This document shows, piece by piece, positions 28,601 to 43,100 of a DNA stretch of 64,000 bases. Source of the stretch: Lingula anatina (taxonomy: Eukaryota > Animalia > Brachiopoda); assembly GCA_051362555.1 (NCBI GenBank), contig CM120642.1, forward strand, positions 22,072,001 to 22,136,000, in the 5' to 3' direction. Positions within the stretch are counted from its first letter, which is position 1. Every line of letters starts with the position of its first letter. Below the pieces are notes generated by a model, which had not been told where the DNA came from, made no database searches, and saw only the letters and a list, made by a program, of their open reading frames with translations. The position numbers and the translations under genes were made by a program.

Positions 28601-31600
28601 TTGCGTAGGTACTGTTGTTGTTTGTATTTATTGTGAACACTGTTTCTATTCAGTGCTGTCATTGTACGTGTTTGTATATATATTGTGATCACTTCATCCT
28701 TGTGTTCATTTTCATTACAATGCATGTTACTGTTATAACAGTTACTTTGTTACTTTATATGGTTGTGTTGTCACTGTACATGTCAACTTATTCTGTTCAC
28801 TGTGTATGTCTGTATTGTGACTGTGTTTGTTTGTATTTATTTTGATTACTGTGCATGATTGTCTTGTCACTGTTTGTGTTTGTATTTATCATGATCACTG
28901 TATATGTTTGCATCGTTACTGTTGATGTTTGTATTTATTGTCAACACTGTTTCCATGCTGTACTGTCATTGTATGTTTTTGTATATATATTGTGATCACT
29001 GTGTATGTCTTTGTTTTCACCCCATCACTGATCATTGTGTATGACTGTGCTATCACCTAATTAATTAGTGTTCATTCTGGTTACTGTGCATGGTTGTGTT
29101 GTCACTATACATGTCAAAATTTATTCTGATCACTGTGTATGTCTGTATTGTGACTGTGTTTGTTTGTATTTATTTACATTACTGTTCACATTTGTGTTGT
29201 CACTGTTCGTGTTTCTATTTATTGTGAGCAATGTGTATGTCTGTTTTGTCAATGTATTTGTTTGTAATCATTTCTATTACTCTGCATGATGGTACTGTCA
29301 CTGTATGTGTATGTGTCTCTTTATATTCTGTACTCTGTGTCTATTCTGTATTGTCACTGTATGTGTTTCCATGTATTGTGATCACTGTGTACGGCTATGT
29401 TTTCACTCTTTTTTCCTTTTGCTCATTTTCATTACGAAGCATGTTACTGTTATAACTGTGCATGTTAATATTTATTTTGATCACTGTTCATGTTTGTGTC
29501 ATTACTGTTGGTGTTTCTATTGTGAGCAATGTTTATGTCAGTTTTTACTCTCTATATGTTTCTTTATCATTATTATAACTGTTCATGTTTGTGTTGTTGC
29601 TGTAAGCATAGTTTGTGTCTTTTTATGTTCCAATTGCTGTTTCCATTCTCTATTGTCATTATATGTGTTTGTATATGTATTGTGATCACTGTGTATGTCT
29701 GTGTTTTCACCCCATCACTGATCACTGTGTATGACTGTGCTATCACCTAATTATATAATTAGTGTTCATTCTGGTTACTGTGCATGGTTGCGTTGTCACT
29801 GTACATGTCAAAATTTATTCTGATCACTGTGTATGTCTGTATTGTGACTGTGTTTGTTTGTATTTATTAACATTACTGTTCATGTTTGTGTCATTACTGT
29901 TGGTGTTTTTATTTATTGTTAGTAATGTGTATGTCAGTTTTGTCTTTAAATTACTACTGCGCTGAATGATGGTGTTTTCAATGTATGACTATGTTTCTGT
30001 TTATATTCTGTTTGCTGTGTCTATTCACTATTGCTACTGAATGTGTTTGTATATATTGTGGTTACTGTGTATGGCTATGTTTCCACCCTTTTTCCTTGTG
30101 TTTATTCTAATTACAGTGCACATTACTATTATCAATGTACATGTTTATATTAATTTTGACCACTGTGTATGTTTGTGTTGTTACTGTTTGTGTCTACACA
30201 TAATTCTGATCACTGTGAAAGTCTGTTTGTCCTTCTATTTGTTTGTAATAATTATCATTACTGTGCCTGTTAATGTTATCACTGTTTGTGTTTGTATTTA
30301 TTGTGATCACTGTATGTGTTTGCATAGTTACTGTTTATGTTTGTATTTATTGTGAACACTGTTTCTATTCTGTACTGTCATTGTACATGTTTGTATATAT
30401 ATTGTGATCACTGTGTATATCTCTGTTTTTCACTCCATCACTGATCACTGTGTATTACTGTGTATTACTGTGTAATCATCCAATTAATTTGTGTTTATTC
30501 TGATTACTATACATGGTTGCGTTGTCACTGTACATGTCAAAATTTATTCTGATCACTGTGTATGTCTGTATTGGGACTGTGTTTGTTTGTATTTATTTAC
30601 ATTACTGCTCTCGTTTGTGTTGTCACTGTTCGTGTTTGTATTTATTGTGAGCAATGTGCAAGTCTGTTTTGTCAATGTATTTGTTTGTAATCATTACTAT
30701 TACTCTGCATGATAGTACTGTCACTGTATGTCTGTGTGTCTGTTTATATTCTTGTGTTCATTTTCATTACTGTGGAAGTTACTTTTATCACTTTTACTGT
30801 TAATATTTATTTTGTTCACTATGCTTGTTACTGTTATAACAGCTACTTGGTTACTTTACATGGTTGTGTAGTCACTGTACATGTCAGCTTATTCTGTTCA
30901 CTGTGTATGTCTGTGTTTTCACCCCATCACTATCACTGTGTATGACTCTGCTATCACCTAATTATATATGTGTTTATTCTGGTTACTGTGCATGGTTGTG
31001 TTGTCACTGTACATGTCAAAATTTATTCTGATCACTGTGTATGTCTGTATTGTGACTCTGTTTGTTTGTATTTATTTACATTACTGTTCATGTTTGTGTC
31101 ATTACTGTTGGTGTTTGTATTTATTGTTAGCAATGCTTATGTCAGTTTTGTCACTCTCTTTGTTTGTAAACATTACTATTGCTCTGAATGATGGTGTTGT
31201 CAATGTATGACTATGTGTCTGTTTATATTCTGTTTGCTATGTCTATTCACTATTGCTACTGAGTGTGTTTGTATATATTGTGATGACTGTGTACGCCCAT
31301 GTTTCCACTCTTTTTCCTTGTGTTTATTCTAATTACAGTGCACATTACTATTATCAATGTACATGTTTATATTCATTTTAATCACTGTGTATGTTTGCGT
31401 TGTTACTGTTTGTGTCTGCATATATTTCTGATCACTGTGTAAGTCTGTTTGTTTTTCTATTTGTTTGTAATCATTGTCATTGCTGTTCATGTTTGTGTTG
31501 TCATTGTTTTGGTTTGTTTTTATTGGGATCACTGTGTATGTTTGTGTCATTATTGTTGGTGTTTGTATTTATTATTAGCAATGTGTATGTCAGTTTTGTC

Positions 31601-34600
31601 CCTCTATTTGTTTATTATTATAACTATAGCACTGAATGCTGAGTGTTGTCAATGTATGTCTATGTGTCTATTTATATTCTTTTTTCTGTGTCTGTTCTGT
31701 ATTGATACTAAATGTGTTTGTGTATATTGTGATGACTGTGAACGGCTATGTTTGCACTTTTTTCCCTTGTGTTCATTGTCATAACAGTGCACGTTACTGT
31801 TATCACTGTCCATGTATATATTTATTTTGATCAAAGTGTATGTTTGTGTTGTTATTGTTTGTGTCTGCACATAATTCTGATCACTGTGAAAGTCTATTTG
31901 TCCTTCTGTTTGTTTGTAATAAATATCATTACTGTGCATGTTAATGTTGTCACTGTTTGTGTTTGTATTTATCGTGATCACTGTATGTGTTTGCGTCATT
32001 ACTATTAATGTTTGTATTTATTGTGAACACTATTTCCATTCTGTACTGTTCGTGTTTGTATATATATTGTGATCACTGTGTATGTCTCTGTTTTCACTCC
32101 ATCACTGATTACTGTGTATTACTGTGTAATCATCCAATTAATTTGTGTTCATTCTGATTACTCTACATGGTTGTGTTGTCACTGTACATGTCAAAATTCA
32201 TTCTGATCACTGTGTATGTCTGTATTGTGACTGTGTTTGTTTGTATTTATTTACATTAATGTTCATGTTTGTGTTGGCACTGGTCATTTTTGTATTTATT
32301 GTGAGCATTATGTACGTCTATTTTGTCAGTGTATTTGTTTGTAATCATTACTATTACTCTGCATGATAGTACTGTCACTGTATGTCTATGTGTCTGTTTA
32401 TATTCTGTTCTCTGAGTCTATTCTGTATTGTCACTGTATGTGTTTCCATGTATTGTGATCACTGTGTATGGCTATGTTTTCACTCTTTTTCCTTGTGTTC
32501 ATTTTCATTACGATGCATGTTACTGTTATAACTGTACATGTTAATATTTATTTTGATCACTGTACCTGTTGTGTCATTACTGTTGGTGTTTGTATTTATT
32601 GAGAGCAATGTTTATGTCAGTTTTTTCTCTCTATATGTTTTTAATCATTATTATAACTGTTCATGTTTGTGTTGTTGCTGCAAGCATAGATTGTGGCTGT
32701 TTATATTCCGATTGCTGTTTCCATTTTCTATTGTCATGTGTGTATGTCTGTATTGTGACCGTGTTTGTTTGTATTTATTTACATTACTGTTCATGTTTGT
32801 GTCATTACTGTTGGTGTTTGTATTAATTGTTAGCAATGCTTATGTCAGTTTTGTCCCTCTTTTTGTTTATTATTATAACTATAGCACTGAATGCTGAGTG
32901 TTGTCAATGTATGTCTATGTGTCTATTTATATTCTTTTTCTGTGTCTATTCTGTATTGATACTAAATGTGTTTGTGTATATTGTGATGACTGTGTACGGC
33001 TATGTTTGCACTCTTTTCCCTTGTGTTCATTGTCATAACAGTGCACATTACTGTTATCATTGTCCATGTGAATATTTATTAAGATCAATGTGTATGTTTG
33101 TGTTGTTACTGTTTGTGTCTGCACATAATTCTGATCACTGTGAAAGTCTATTTGTCCTTCTGTTTGTTTGTAATGATTCTCATTACTGTGCATGATAATG
33201 ATGTCACTGTTTGTGTTTGTATTTATTGTGATCACTGTATGTGTTTGCGTAGGTACTGTTGTTGTTTGTATTTATTGTGAACACTGTTTCTATTCAGTGC
33301 TGTCATTGTACGTGTTTGTATATATATTGTGATCACTTCATCCTTGTGTTCATTTTCATTACAATGCATGTTACTGTTATAACAGTTACTTTGTTACTTT
33401 ATATGGTTGTGTTGTCACTGTACATGTCAACTTATTCTGTTCACTGTGTATGTCTGTATTGTGACTGTGTTTGTTTGTATTTATTTTGATTACTGTGCAT
33501 GATTGTCTTGTCACTGTTTGTGTTTGTATTTATCATGATCACTGTATATGTTTGCATCGTTACTGTTGATGTTTGTATTTATTGTCAACACTGTTTCCAT
33601 GCTGTACTGTCATTGTATGTTTTTGTATATATATTGTGATCACTGTGTATGTCTTTGTTTTCACCCCATCACTGATCATTGTGTATGACTGTGCTATCAC
33701 CTAATTAATTAGTGTTCATTCTGGTTACTGTGCATGGTTGTGTTGTCACTATACATGTCAAAATTTATTCTGATCACTGTGTATGTCTGTATTGTGACTG
33801 TGTTTGTTTGTATTTATTTACATTACTGTTCACATTTGTGTTGTCACTGTTCGTGTTTCTATTTATTGTGAGCAATGTGTATGTCTGTTTTGTCAATGTA
33901 TTTGTTTGTAATCATTTCTATTACTCTGCATGATGGTACTGTCACTGTATGTGTATGTGTCTCTTTATATTCTGTACTCTGTGTCTATTCTGTATTGTCA
34001 CTGTATGTGTTTCCATGTATTGTGATCACTGTGTACGGCTATGTTTTCACTCTTTTTTCCTTTTGCTCATTTTCATTACGAAGCATGTTACTGTTATAAC
34101 TGTGCATGTTAATATTTATTTTGATCACTGTTCATGTTTGTGTCATTACTGTTGGTGTTTCTATTGTGAGCAATGTTTATGTCAGTTTTTACTCTCTATA
34201 TGTTTCTTTATCATTATTATAACTGTTCATGTTTGTGTTGTTGCTGTAAGCATAGTTTGTGTCTTTTTATGTTCCAATTGCTGTTTCCATTCTCTATTGT
34301 CATTATATGTGTTTGTATATGTATTGTGATCACTGTGTATGTCTGTGTTTTCACCCCATCACTGATCACTGTGTATGACTGTGCTATCACCTAATTATAT
34401 AATTAGTGTTCATTCTGGTTACTGTGCATGGTTGCGTTGTCACTGTACATGTCAAAATTTATTCTGATCACTGTGTATGTCTGTATTGTGACTGTGTTTG
34501 TTTGTATTTATTAACATTACTGTTCATGTTTGTGTCATTACTGTTGGTGTTTTTATTTATTGTTAGTAATGTGTATGTCAGTTTTGTCTTTAAATTACTA

Positions 34601-37154
34601 CTGCGCTGAATGATGGTGTTTTCAATGTATGACTATGTTTCTGTTTATATTCTGTTTGCTGTGTCTATTCACTATTGCTACTGAATGTGTTTGTATATAT
34701 TGTGGTTACTGTGTATGGCTATGTTTCCACCCTTTTTACTTGTGTTTATTCTAATTACAGTGCACATTACTATTATCAATGTACATGTTTATATTAATTT
34801 TGACCACTGTGTATGTTTGTGTTGTTACTGTTTGTGTCTACACATAATTCTGATCACTGTGAAAGTCTGTTTGTCCTTCTATTTGTTTGTAATAATTATC
34901 ATTACTGTGCCTGTTAATGTTATCACTGTTTGTGTTTGTATTTATTGTGATCACTGTATGTGTTTGCATAGTTACTGTTTATGTTTGTATTTATTGTGAA
35001 CACTGTTTCTATTCTGTACTGTCATTGTACATGTTTGTATATATATTGTGATCACTGTGTATATCTCTGTTTTTCACTCCATCACTGATCACTGTGTATT
35101 ACTGTGTATTACTGTGTAATCATCCAATTAATTTGTGTTTATTCTGATTACTATACATGGTTGCGTTGTCACTGTACATGTCAAAATTTATTCTGATCAC
35201 TGTGTATGTCTGTATTGGGACTGTGTTTGTTTGTATTTATTTACATTACTGCTCTCGTTTGTGTTGTCACTGTTCGTGTTTGTATTTATTGTGAGCAATG
35301 TGCATGTCTGTTTTGTCAATGTATTTGTTTGTAATCATTACTATTACTCTGCATGATAGTACTGTCACTGTATGTCTGTGTGTCTGTTTATATTCTTGTG
35401 TTCATTTTCATTACTGTGGAAGTTACTTTTATCACTTTTACTGTTAATATTTATTTTGTTCACTATGCTTGTTACTGTTATAACAGCTACTTGGTTACTT
35501 TACATGGTTGTGTTGTCACTGTACATGTCAGCTTATTCTATTCACTGTGTATGTCTGTGTTTTCACCCCATCACTATCACTGTGTATGACTCTGCTATCA
35601 CCTAATTATATATGTGTTTATTCTGGTTACTGTGCATGGTTGTGTTGTCACTGTACATGTCAAAATTTATTCTGATCACTGTGTATGTCTGTATTGTGAC
35701 TCTGTTTGTTTGTATTTATTTACATTACTGTTCATGTTTGTGTCATTACTGTTGGTGTTTGTATTTATTGTTAGCAATGCTTATGTCAGTTTTGTCACTC
35801 TCTTTGTTTGTAAACATTACTATTGCTCTGAATGATGGTGTTGTCAATGTATGACTATGTGTCTGTTTATATTCTGTTTGCTATGTCTATTCACTATTGC
35901 TACTGAGTGTGTTTGTATATATTGTGATGACTGTGTACGCCCATGTTTCCACTCTTTTTCCTTGTGTTTATTCTAATTACAGTGCACATTACTATTATCA
36001 ATGTACATGTTTATATTCATTTTAATCACTGTGTATGTTTGCGTTGTTACTGTTTGTGTCTGCATATATTTCTGATCACTGTGTAAGTCTGTTTGTTTTT
36101 CTATTTGTTTGTAATCATTGTCATTGCTGTTCATGTTTGTGTTGTCATTGTTTTGGTTTGTTTTTATTGGGATCACTGTGTATGTTTGTGTCATTATTGT
36201 TGGTGTTTGTATTTATTATTAGCAATGTGTATGTCAGTTTTGTCCCTCTATTTGTTTATTATTATAACTATAGCACTGAATGCTGAGTGTTGTCAATGTA
36301 TGTCTATGTGTCTATTTATATTCTTTTTTCTGTGTCTGTTCTGTATTGATACTAAATGTGTTTGTGTATATTGTGATGACTGTGAACGGCTATGTTTGCA
36401 CTTTTTTCCCTTGTGTTCATTGTCATAACAGTGCACGTTACTGTTATCACTGTCCATGTATATATTTATTTTGATCAAAGTGTATGTTTGTGTTGTTATT
36501 GTTTGTGTCTGCACATAATTCTGATCACTGTGAAAGTCTATTTGTCCTTCTGTTTGTTTGTAATAAATATCATTACTGTGCATGTTAATGTTGTCACTGT
36601 TTGTGTTTGTATTTATCGTGATCACTGTATGTGTTTGCGTCATTACTATTAATGTTTGTATTTATTGTGAACACTATTTCCATTCTGTACTGTTCGTGTT
36701 TGTATATATATTGTGATCACTGTGTATGTCTCTGTTTTCACTCCATCACTGATTACTGTGTATTACTGTGTAATCATCCAATTAATTTGTGTTCATTCTG
36801 ATTACTCTACATGGTTGTGTTGTCACTGTACATGTCAAAATTCATTCTGATCACTGTGTATGTCTGTATTGTGACTGTGTTTGTTTGTATTTATTTACAT
36901 TAATGTTCATGTTTGTGTTGGCACTGGTCATTTTTGTATTTATTGTGAGCATTATGTACGTCTATTTTGTCAGTGTATTTGTTTGTAATCATTACTATTA
37001 CTCTGCATGATAGTACTGTCACTGTATGTCTATGTGTCTGTTTATATTCTGTTCTCTGAGTCTATTCTGTATTGTCACTGTATGTGTTTCCATGTATTGT
37101 GATCACTGTGTATGGCTATGTTTTCACTCTTTTTCCTTGTGTTCATTTTCATTA
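4647..37154. repeat. HOR copies 2-8: seven full-length 4,644-bp units
   Basis: Landmarks are spaced exactly 4,644 bp apart. Copies differ only by a handful of SNVs (e.g. 5479, 6874, 12394, 18039, 18861, 26430, 31741, 32110). Confidence 0.97.
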
Positions 37155-40100
37155 CGATGCATGTTACTGTTATAACTGTACATGTTAATATTTATTTTGA
37201 TCACTGTACCTGTTGTGTCATTACTGTTGGTGTTTGTATTTATTGAGAGCAATGTTTATGTCAGTTTTTTCTCTCTATATGTTTTTAATCATTATTATAA
37301 CTGTTCATGTTTGTGTTGTTGCTGCAAGCATAGATTGTGGCTGTTTATATTCCGATTGCTGTTTCCATTTTCTATTGTCATGTGTGTATGTCTGTATTGT
37401 GACCGTGTTTGTTTGTATTTATTTACATTACTGTTCATGTTTGTGTCATTACTGTTGGTGTTTGTATTAATTGTTAGCAATGCTTATGTCAGTTTTGTCC
37501 CTCTTTTTGTTTATTATTATAACTATAGCACTGAATGCTGAGTGTTGTCAATGTATGTCTATGTGTCTATTTATATTCTTTTTCTGTGTCTATTCTGTAT
37601 TGATACTAAATGTGTTTGTGTATATTGTGATGACTGTGTACGGCTATGTTTGCACTCTTTTCCCTTGTGTTCATTGTCATAACAGTGCACATTACTGTTA
37701 TCATTGTCCATGTGAATATTTATTAAGATCAATGTGTATGTTTGTGTTGTTACTGTTTGTGTCTGCACATAATTCTGATCACTGTGAAAGTCTATTTGTC
37801 CTTCTGTTTGTTTGTAATGATTCTCATTACTGTGCATGATAATGATGTCACTGTTTGTGTTTGTATTTATTGTGATCACTGTATGTGTTTGCGTAGGTAC
37901 TGTTGTTGTTTGTATTTATTGTGAACACTGTTTCTATTCAGTGCTGTCATTGTACGTGTTTGTATATATATTGTGATCACTTCATCCTTGTGTTCATTTT
38001 CATTACAATGCATGTTACTGTTATAACAGTTACTTTGTTACTTTATATGGTTGTGTTGTCACTGTACATGTCAACTTATTCTGTTCACTGTGTATGTCTG
38101 TATTGTGACTGTGTTTGTTTGTATTTATTTTGATTACTGTGCATGATTGTCTTGTCACTGTTTGTGTTTGTATTTATCATGATCACTGTATATGTTTGCA
38201 TCGTTACTGTTGATGTTTGTATTTATTGTCAACACTGTTTCCATGCTGTACTGTCATTGTATGTTTTTGTATATATATTGTGATCACTGTGTATGTCTTT
38301 GTTTTCACCCCATCACTGATCATTGTGTATGACTGTGCTATCACCTTATTAATTAGTGTTCATTCTGGTTACTGTGCATGGTTGTGTTGTCACTATACAT
38401 GTCAAAATTTATTCTGATCACTGTGTATGTCTGTATTGTGACTGTGTTTGTTTGTATTTATTTACATTACTGTTCACATTTGTGTTGTCACTGTTCGTGT
38501 TTCTATTTATTGTGAGCAATGTGTATGTCTGTTTTGTCAATGTATTTGTTTGTAATCATTTCTATTACTCTGCATGATGGTACTGTCACTGTATGTGTAT
38601 GTGTCTCTTTATATTCTGTACTCTGTGTCTATTCTGTATTGTCACTGTATGTGTTTCCATGTATTGTGATCACTGTGTACGGCTATGTTTTCACTCTTTT
38701 TTCCTTTTGCTCATTTTCATTACGAAGCATGTTACTGTTATAACTGTGCATGTTAATATTTATTTTGATCACTGTTCATGTTTGTGTCATTACTGTTGGT
38801 GTTTCTATTGTGAGCAATGTTTATGTCAGTTTTTACTCTCTATATGTTTCTTTATCATTATTATAACTGTTCATGTTTGTGTTGTTGCTGTAAGCATAGT
38901 TTGTGTCTTTTTATGTTCCAATTGCTGTTTCCATTCTCTATTGTCATTATATGTGTTTGTATATGTATTGTGATCACTGTGTATGTCTGTGTTTTCACCC
39001 CATCACTGATCACTGTGTATGACTGTGCTATCACCTAATTATATAATTAGTGTTCATTCTGGTTACTGTGCATGGTTGCGTTGTCACTGTACATGTCAAA
39101 ATTTATTCTGATCACTGTGTATGTCTGTATTGTGACTGTGTTTGTTTGTATTTATTAACATTACTGTTCATGTTTGTGTCATTACTGTTGGTGTTTTTAT
39201 TTATTGTTAGTAATGTGTATGTCAGTTTTGTCTTTAAATTACTACTGCGCTGAATGATGGTGTTTTCAATGTATGACTATGTTTCTATTATATTCTGTTT
39301 GCTGTGTCTATTCACTATTGCTACTGAATGTGTTTGTATATATTGTGGTTACTGTGTATGGCTATGTTTCCACCCTTTTTACTTGTGTTTATTCTAATTA
39401 CAGTGCACATTACTATTATCAATGTACATGTTTATATTAATTTTGACCACTGTGTATGTTTGTGTTGTTACTGTTTGTGTCTACACATAATTCTGATCAC
39501 TGTGAAAGTCTGTTTGTCCTTCTATTTGTTTGTAATAATTATCATTACTGTGCCTGTTAATGTTATCACTGTTTGTGTTTGTATTTATTGTGATCACTGT
39601 ATGTGTTTGCATAGTTACTGTTTATGTTTGTATTTATTGTGAACACTGTTTCTATTCTGTACTGTCATTGTACATGTTTGTATATATATTGTGATCACTG
39701 TGTATATCTCTGTTTTTCACTCCATCACTGATCACTGTGTATTACTGTGTATTACTGTGTAATCATCCAATTAATTTGTGTTTATTCTGATTACTATACA
39801 TGGTTGCGTTGTCACTGTACATGTCAAAATTTATTCTGATCACTGTGTATGTCTGTATTGGGACTGTGTTTGTTTGTATTTATTTACATTACTGCTCTCG
39901 TTTGTGTTGTCACTGTTCGTGTTTGTATTTATTGTGAGCAATGTGCAAGTCTGTTTTGTCAATGTATTTGTTTGTAATCATTACTATTACTCTGCATGAT
40001 AGTACTGTCACTGTATGTCTGTGTGTCTGTTTATATTCTTGTGTTCATTTTCATTACTGTGGAAGTTACTTTTATCACTTTTACTGTTAATATTTATTTT

Positions 40101-43100
40101 GTTCACTATGCTTGTTACTGTTATAACAGCTACTTGGTTACTTTACATGGTTGTGTTGTCACTGTACATGTCAGCTTATTCTGTTCACTGTGTATGTCTG
40201 TGTTTTCACCCCATCACTATCACTGTGTATGACTCTGCTATCACCTAATTATATATGTGTTTATTCTGGTTACTGTGCATGGTTGTGTTGTCACTGTACA
40301 TGTCAAAATTTATTCTGATCACTGTGTATGTCTGTATTGTGACTCTGTTTGTTTGTATTTATTTACATTACTGTTCATGTTTGTGTCATTACTGTTGGTG
40401 TTTGTATTTATTGTTAGCAATGCTTATGTCAGTTTTGTCACTCTCTTTGTTTGTAAACATTACTATTGCTCTGAATGATGGTGTTGTCAATGTATGACTA
40501 TGTGTCTGTTTATATTCTGTTTGCTATGTCTATTCACTATTGCTACTGAGTGTGTTTGTATATATTGTGATGACTGTGTACGCCCATGTTTCCACTCTTT
40601 TTCCTTGTGTTTATTCTAATTACAGTGCACATTACTATTATCAATGTACATGTTTATATTCATTTTAATCACTGTGTATGTTTGCGTTGTTACTGTTTGT
40701 GTCTGCATATATTTCTGATCACTGTGTATGTCTGTTTGTTTTTCTATTTGTTTGTAATCATTGTCATTGCTGTTCATGTTTGTGTTGTCATTGTTTTGGT
40801 TTGTTTTTATTGGGATCACTGTGTATGTTTGTGTCATTATTGTTGGTGTTTGTATTTATTATTAGCAATGTGTATGTCAGTTTTGTCCCTCTATTTGTTT
40901 ATTATTATAACTATAGCACTGAATGCTGAGTGTTGTCAATGTATGTCTATGTGTCTATTTATATTCTTTTTTCTGTGTCTATTCTGTATTGATACTAAAT
41001 GTGTTTGTATATATTGTGGTTACTGTGTATGGCTATGTTTCCACCCTTTTTACTTGTGTTTATTCTAATTACAGTGCACATTACTATTATCAATGTACAT
41101 GTTTATATTAATTTTGACCACTGTGTATGTTTGTGTTGTTACTGTTTGTGTCTACACATAATTCTGATCACTGTGAAAGTCTGTTTGTCCTTCTATTTGT
41201 TTGTAATAATTATCATTACTGTGCCTGTTAATGTTATCACTGTTTGTGTTTGTATTTATTGTGATCACTGTATGTGTTTGCATAGTTACTGTTTATGTTT
41301 GTATTTATTGTGAACACTGTTTCTATTCTGTACTGTCATTGTACATGTTTGTATATATATTGTGATCACTGTGTATATCTCTGTTTTTCACTCCATCACT
41401 GATCACTGTGTATTACTGTGTATTACTGTGTAATCATCCAATTAATTTGTGTTTATTCTGATTACTATACATGGTTGCGTTGTCACTGTACATGTCAAAA
41501 TTTATTCTGATCACTGTGTATGTCTGTATTGGGACTGTGTTTGTTTGTATTTATTTACATTACTGCTCTCGTTTGTGTTGTCACTGTTCGTGTTTGTATT
41601 TATTGTGAGCAATGTGCATGTCTGTTTTGTCAATGTATTTGTTTGTAATCATTACTATTACTCTGCATGATAGTACTGTCACTGTATGTCTGTGTGTCTG
41701 TTTATATTCTTGTGTTCATTTTCATTACTGTGGAAGTTACTTTTATCACTTTTACTGTTAATATTTATTTTGTTCACTATGCTTGTTACTGTTATAACAG
41801 CTACTTGGTTACTTTACATGGTTGTGTTGTCACTGTACATGTCAGCTTATTCTATTCACTGTGTATGTCTGTGTTTTCACCCCATCACTATCACTGTGTA
41901 TGACTCTGCTATCACCTAATTATATATGTGTTTATTCTGGTTACTGTGCATGGTTGTGTTGTCACTGTACATGTCAAAATTTATTCTGATCACTGTGTAT
42001 GTCTGTATTGTGACTCTGTTTGTTTGTATTTATTTACATTACTGTTCATGTTTGTGTCATTACTGTTGGTGTTTGTATTTATTGTTAGCAATGCTTATGT
42101 CAGTTTTGTCCCTCTTTTTGTTTATTATTATAACTATAGCACTGAATGCTGAGTGTTGTCAATGTATGTCTATGTGTCTATTTATATTCTTTTTCTGTGT
42201 CTATTCTGTATTGATACTAAATGTGTTTGTGTATATTGTGATGACTGTGTACGGCTATGTTTGCACTCTTTTCCCTTGTGTTCATTGTCATAACAGTGCA
42301 CATTACTGTTATCATTGTCCATGTGAATATTTATTAAGATCAATGTGTATGTTTGTGTTGTTACTGTTTGTGTCTGCACATAATTCTGATCACTGTGAAA
42401 GTCTATTTGTCCTTCTGTTTGTTTGTAATGATTCTCATTACTGTGCATGATAATGATGTCACTGTTTGTGTTTGTATTTATTGTGATCACTGTATGTGTT
42501 TGCGTAGGTACTGTTGTTGTTTGTATTTATTGTGAACACTGTTTCTATTCAGTGCTGTCATTGTACGTGTTTGTATATATATTGTGATCACTTCATCCTT
42601 GTGTTCATTTTCATTACAATGCATGTTACTGTTATAACAGTTACTTTGTTACTTTATATGGTTGTGTTGTCACTGTACATGTCAACTTATTCTGTTCACT
42701 GTGTATGTCTGTATTGTGACTGTGTTTGTTTGTATTTATTTTGATTACTGTGCATGATTGTCTTGTCACTGTTTGTGTTTGTATTTATCATGATCACTGT
42801 ATATGTTTGCATCGTTACTGTTGATGTTTGTATTTATTGTCAACACTGTTTCCATGCTGTACTGTCATTGTATGTTTTTGTATATATATTGTGATCACTG
42901 TGTATGTCTTTGTTTTCACCCCATCACTGATCATTGTGTATGACTGTGCTATCACCTTATTAATTAGTGTTCATTCTGGTTACTGTGCATGGTTGTGTTG
43001 TCACTATACATGTCAAAATTTATTCTGATCACTGTGTATGTCTGTATTGTGACTGTGTTTGTTTGTATTTATTTACATTACTGTTCACATTTGTGTTGTC

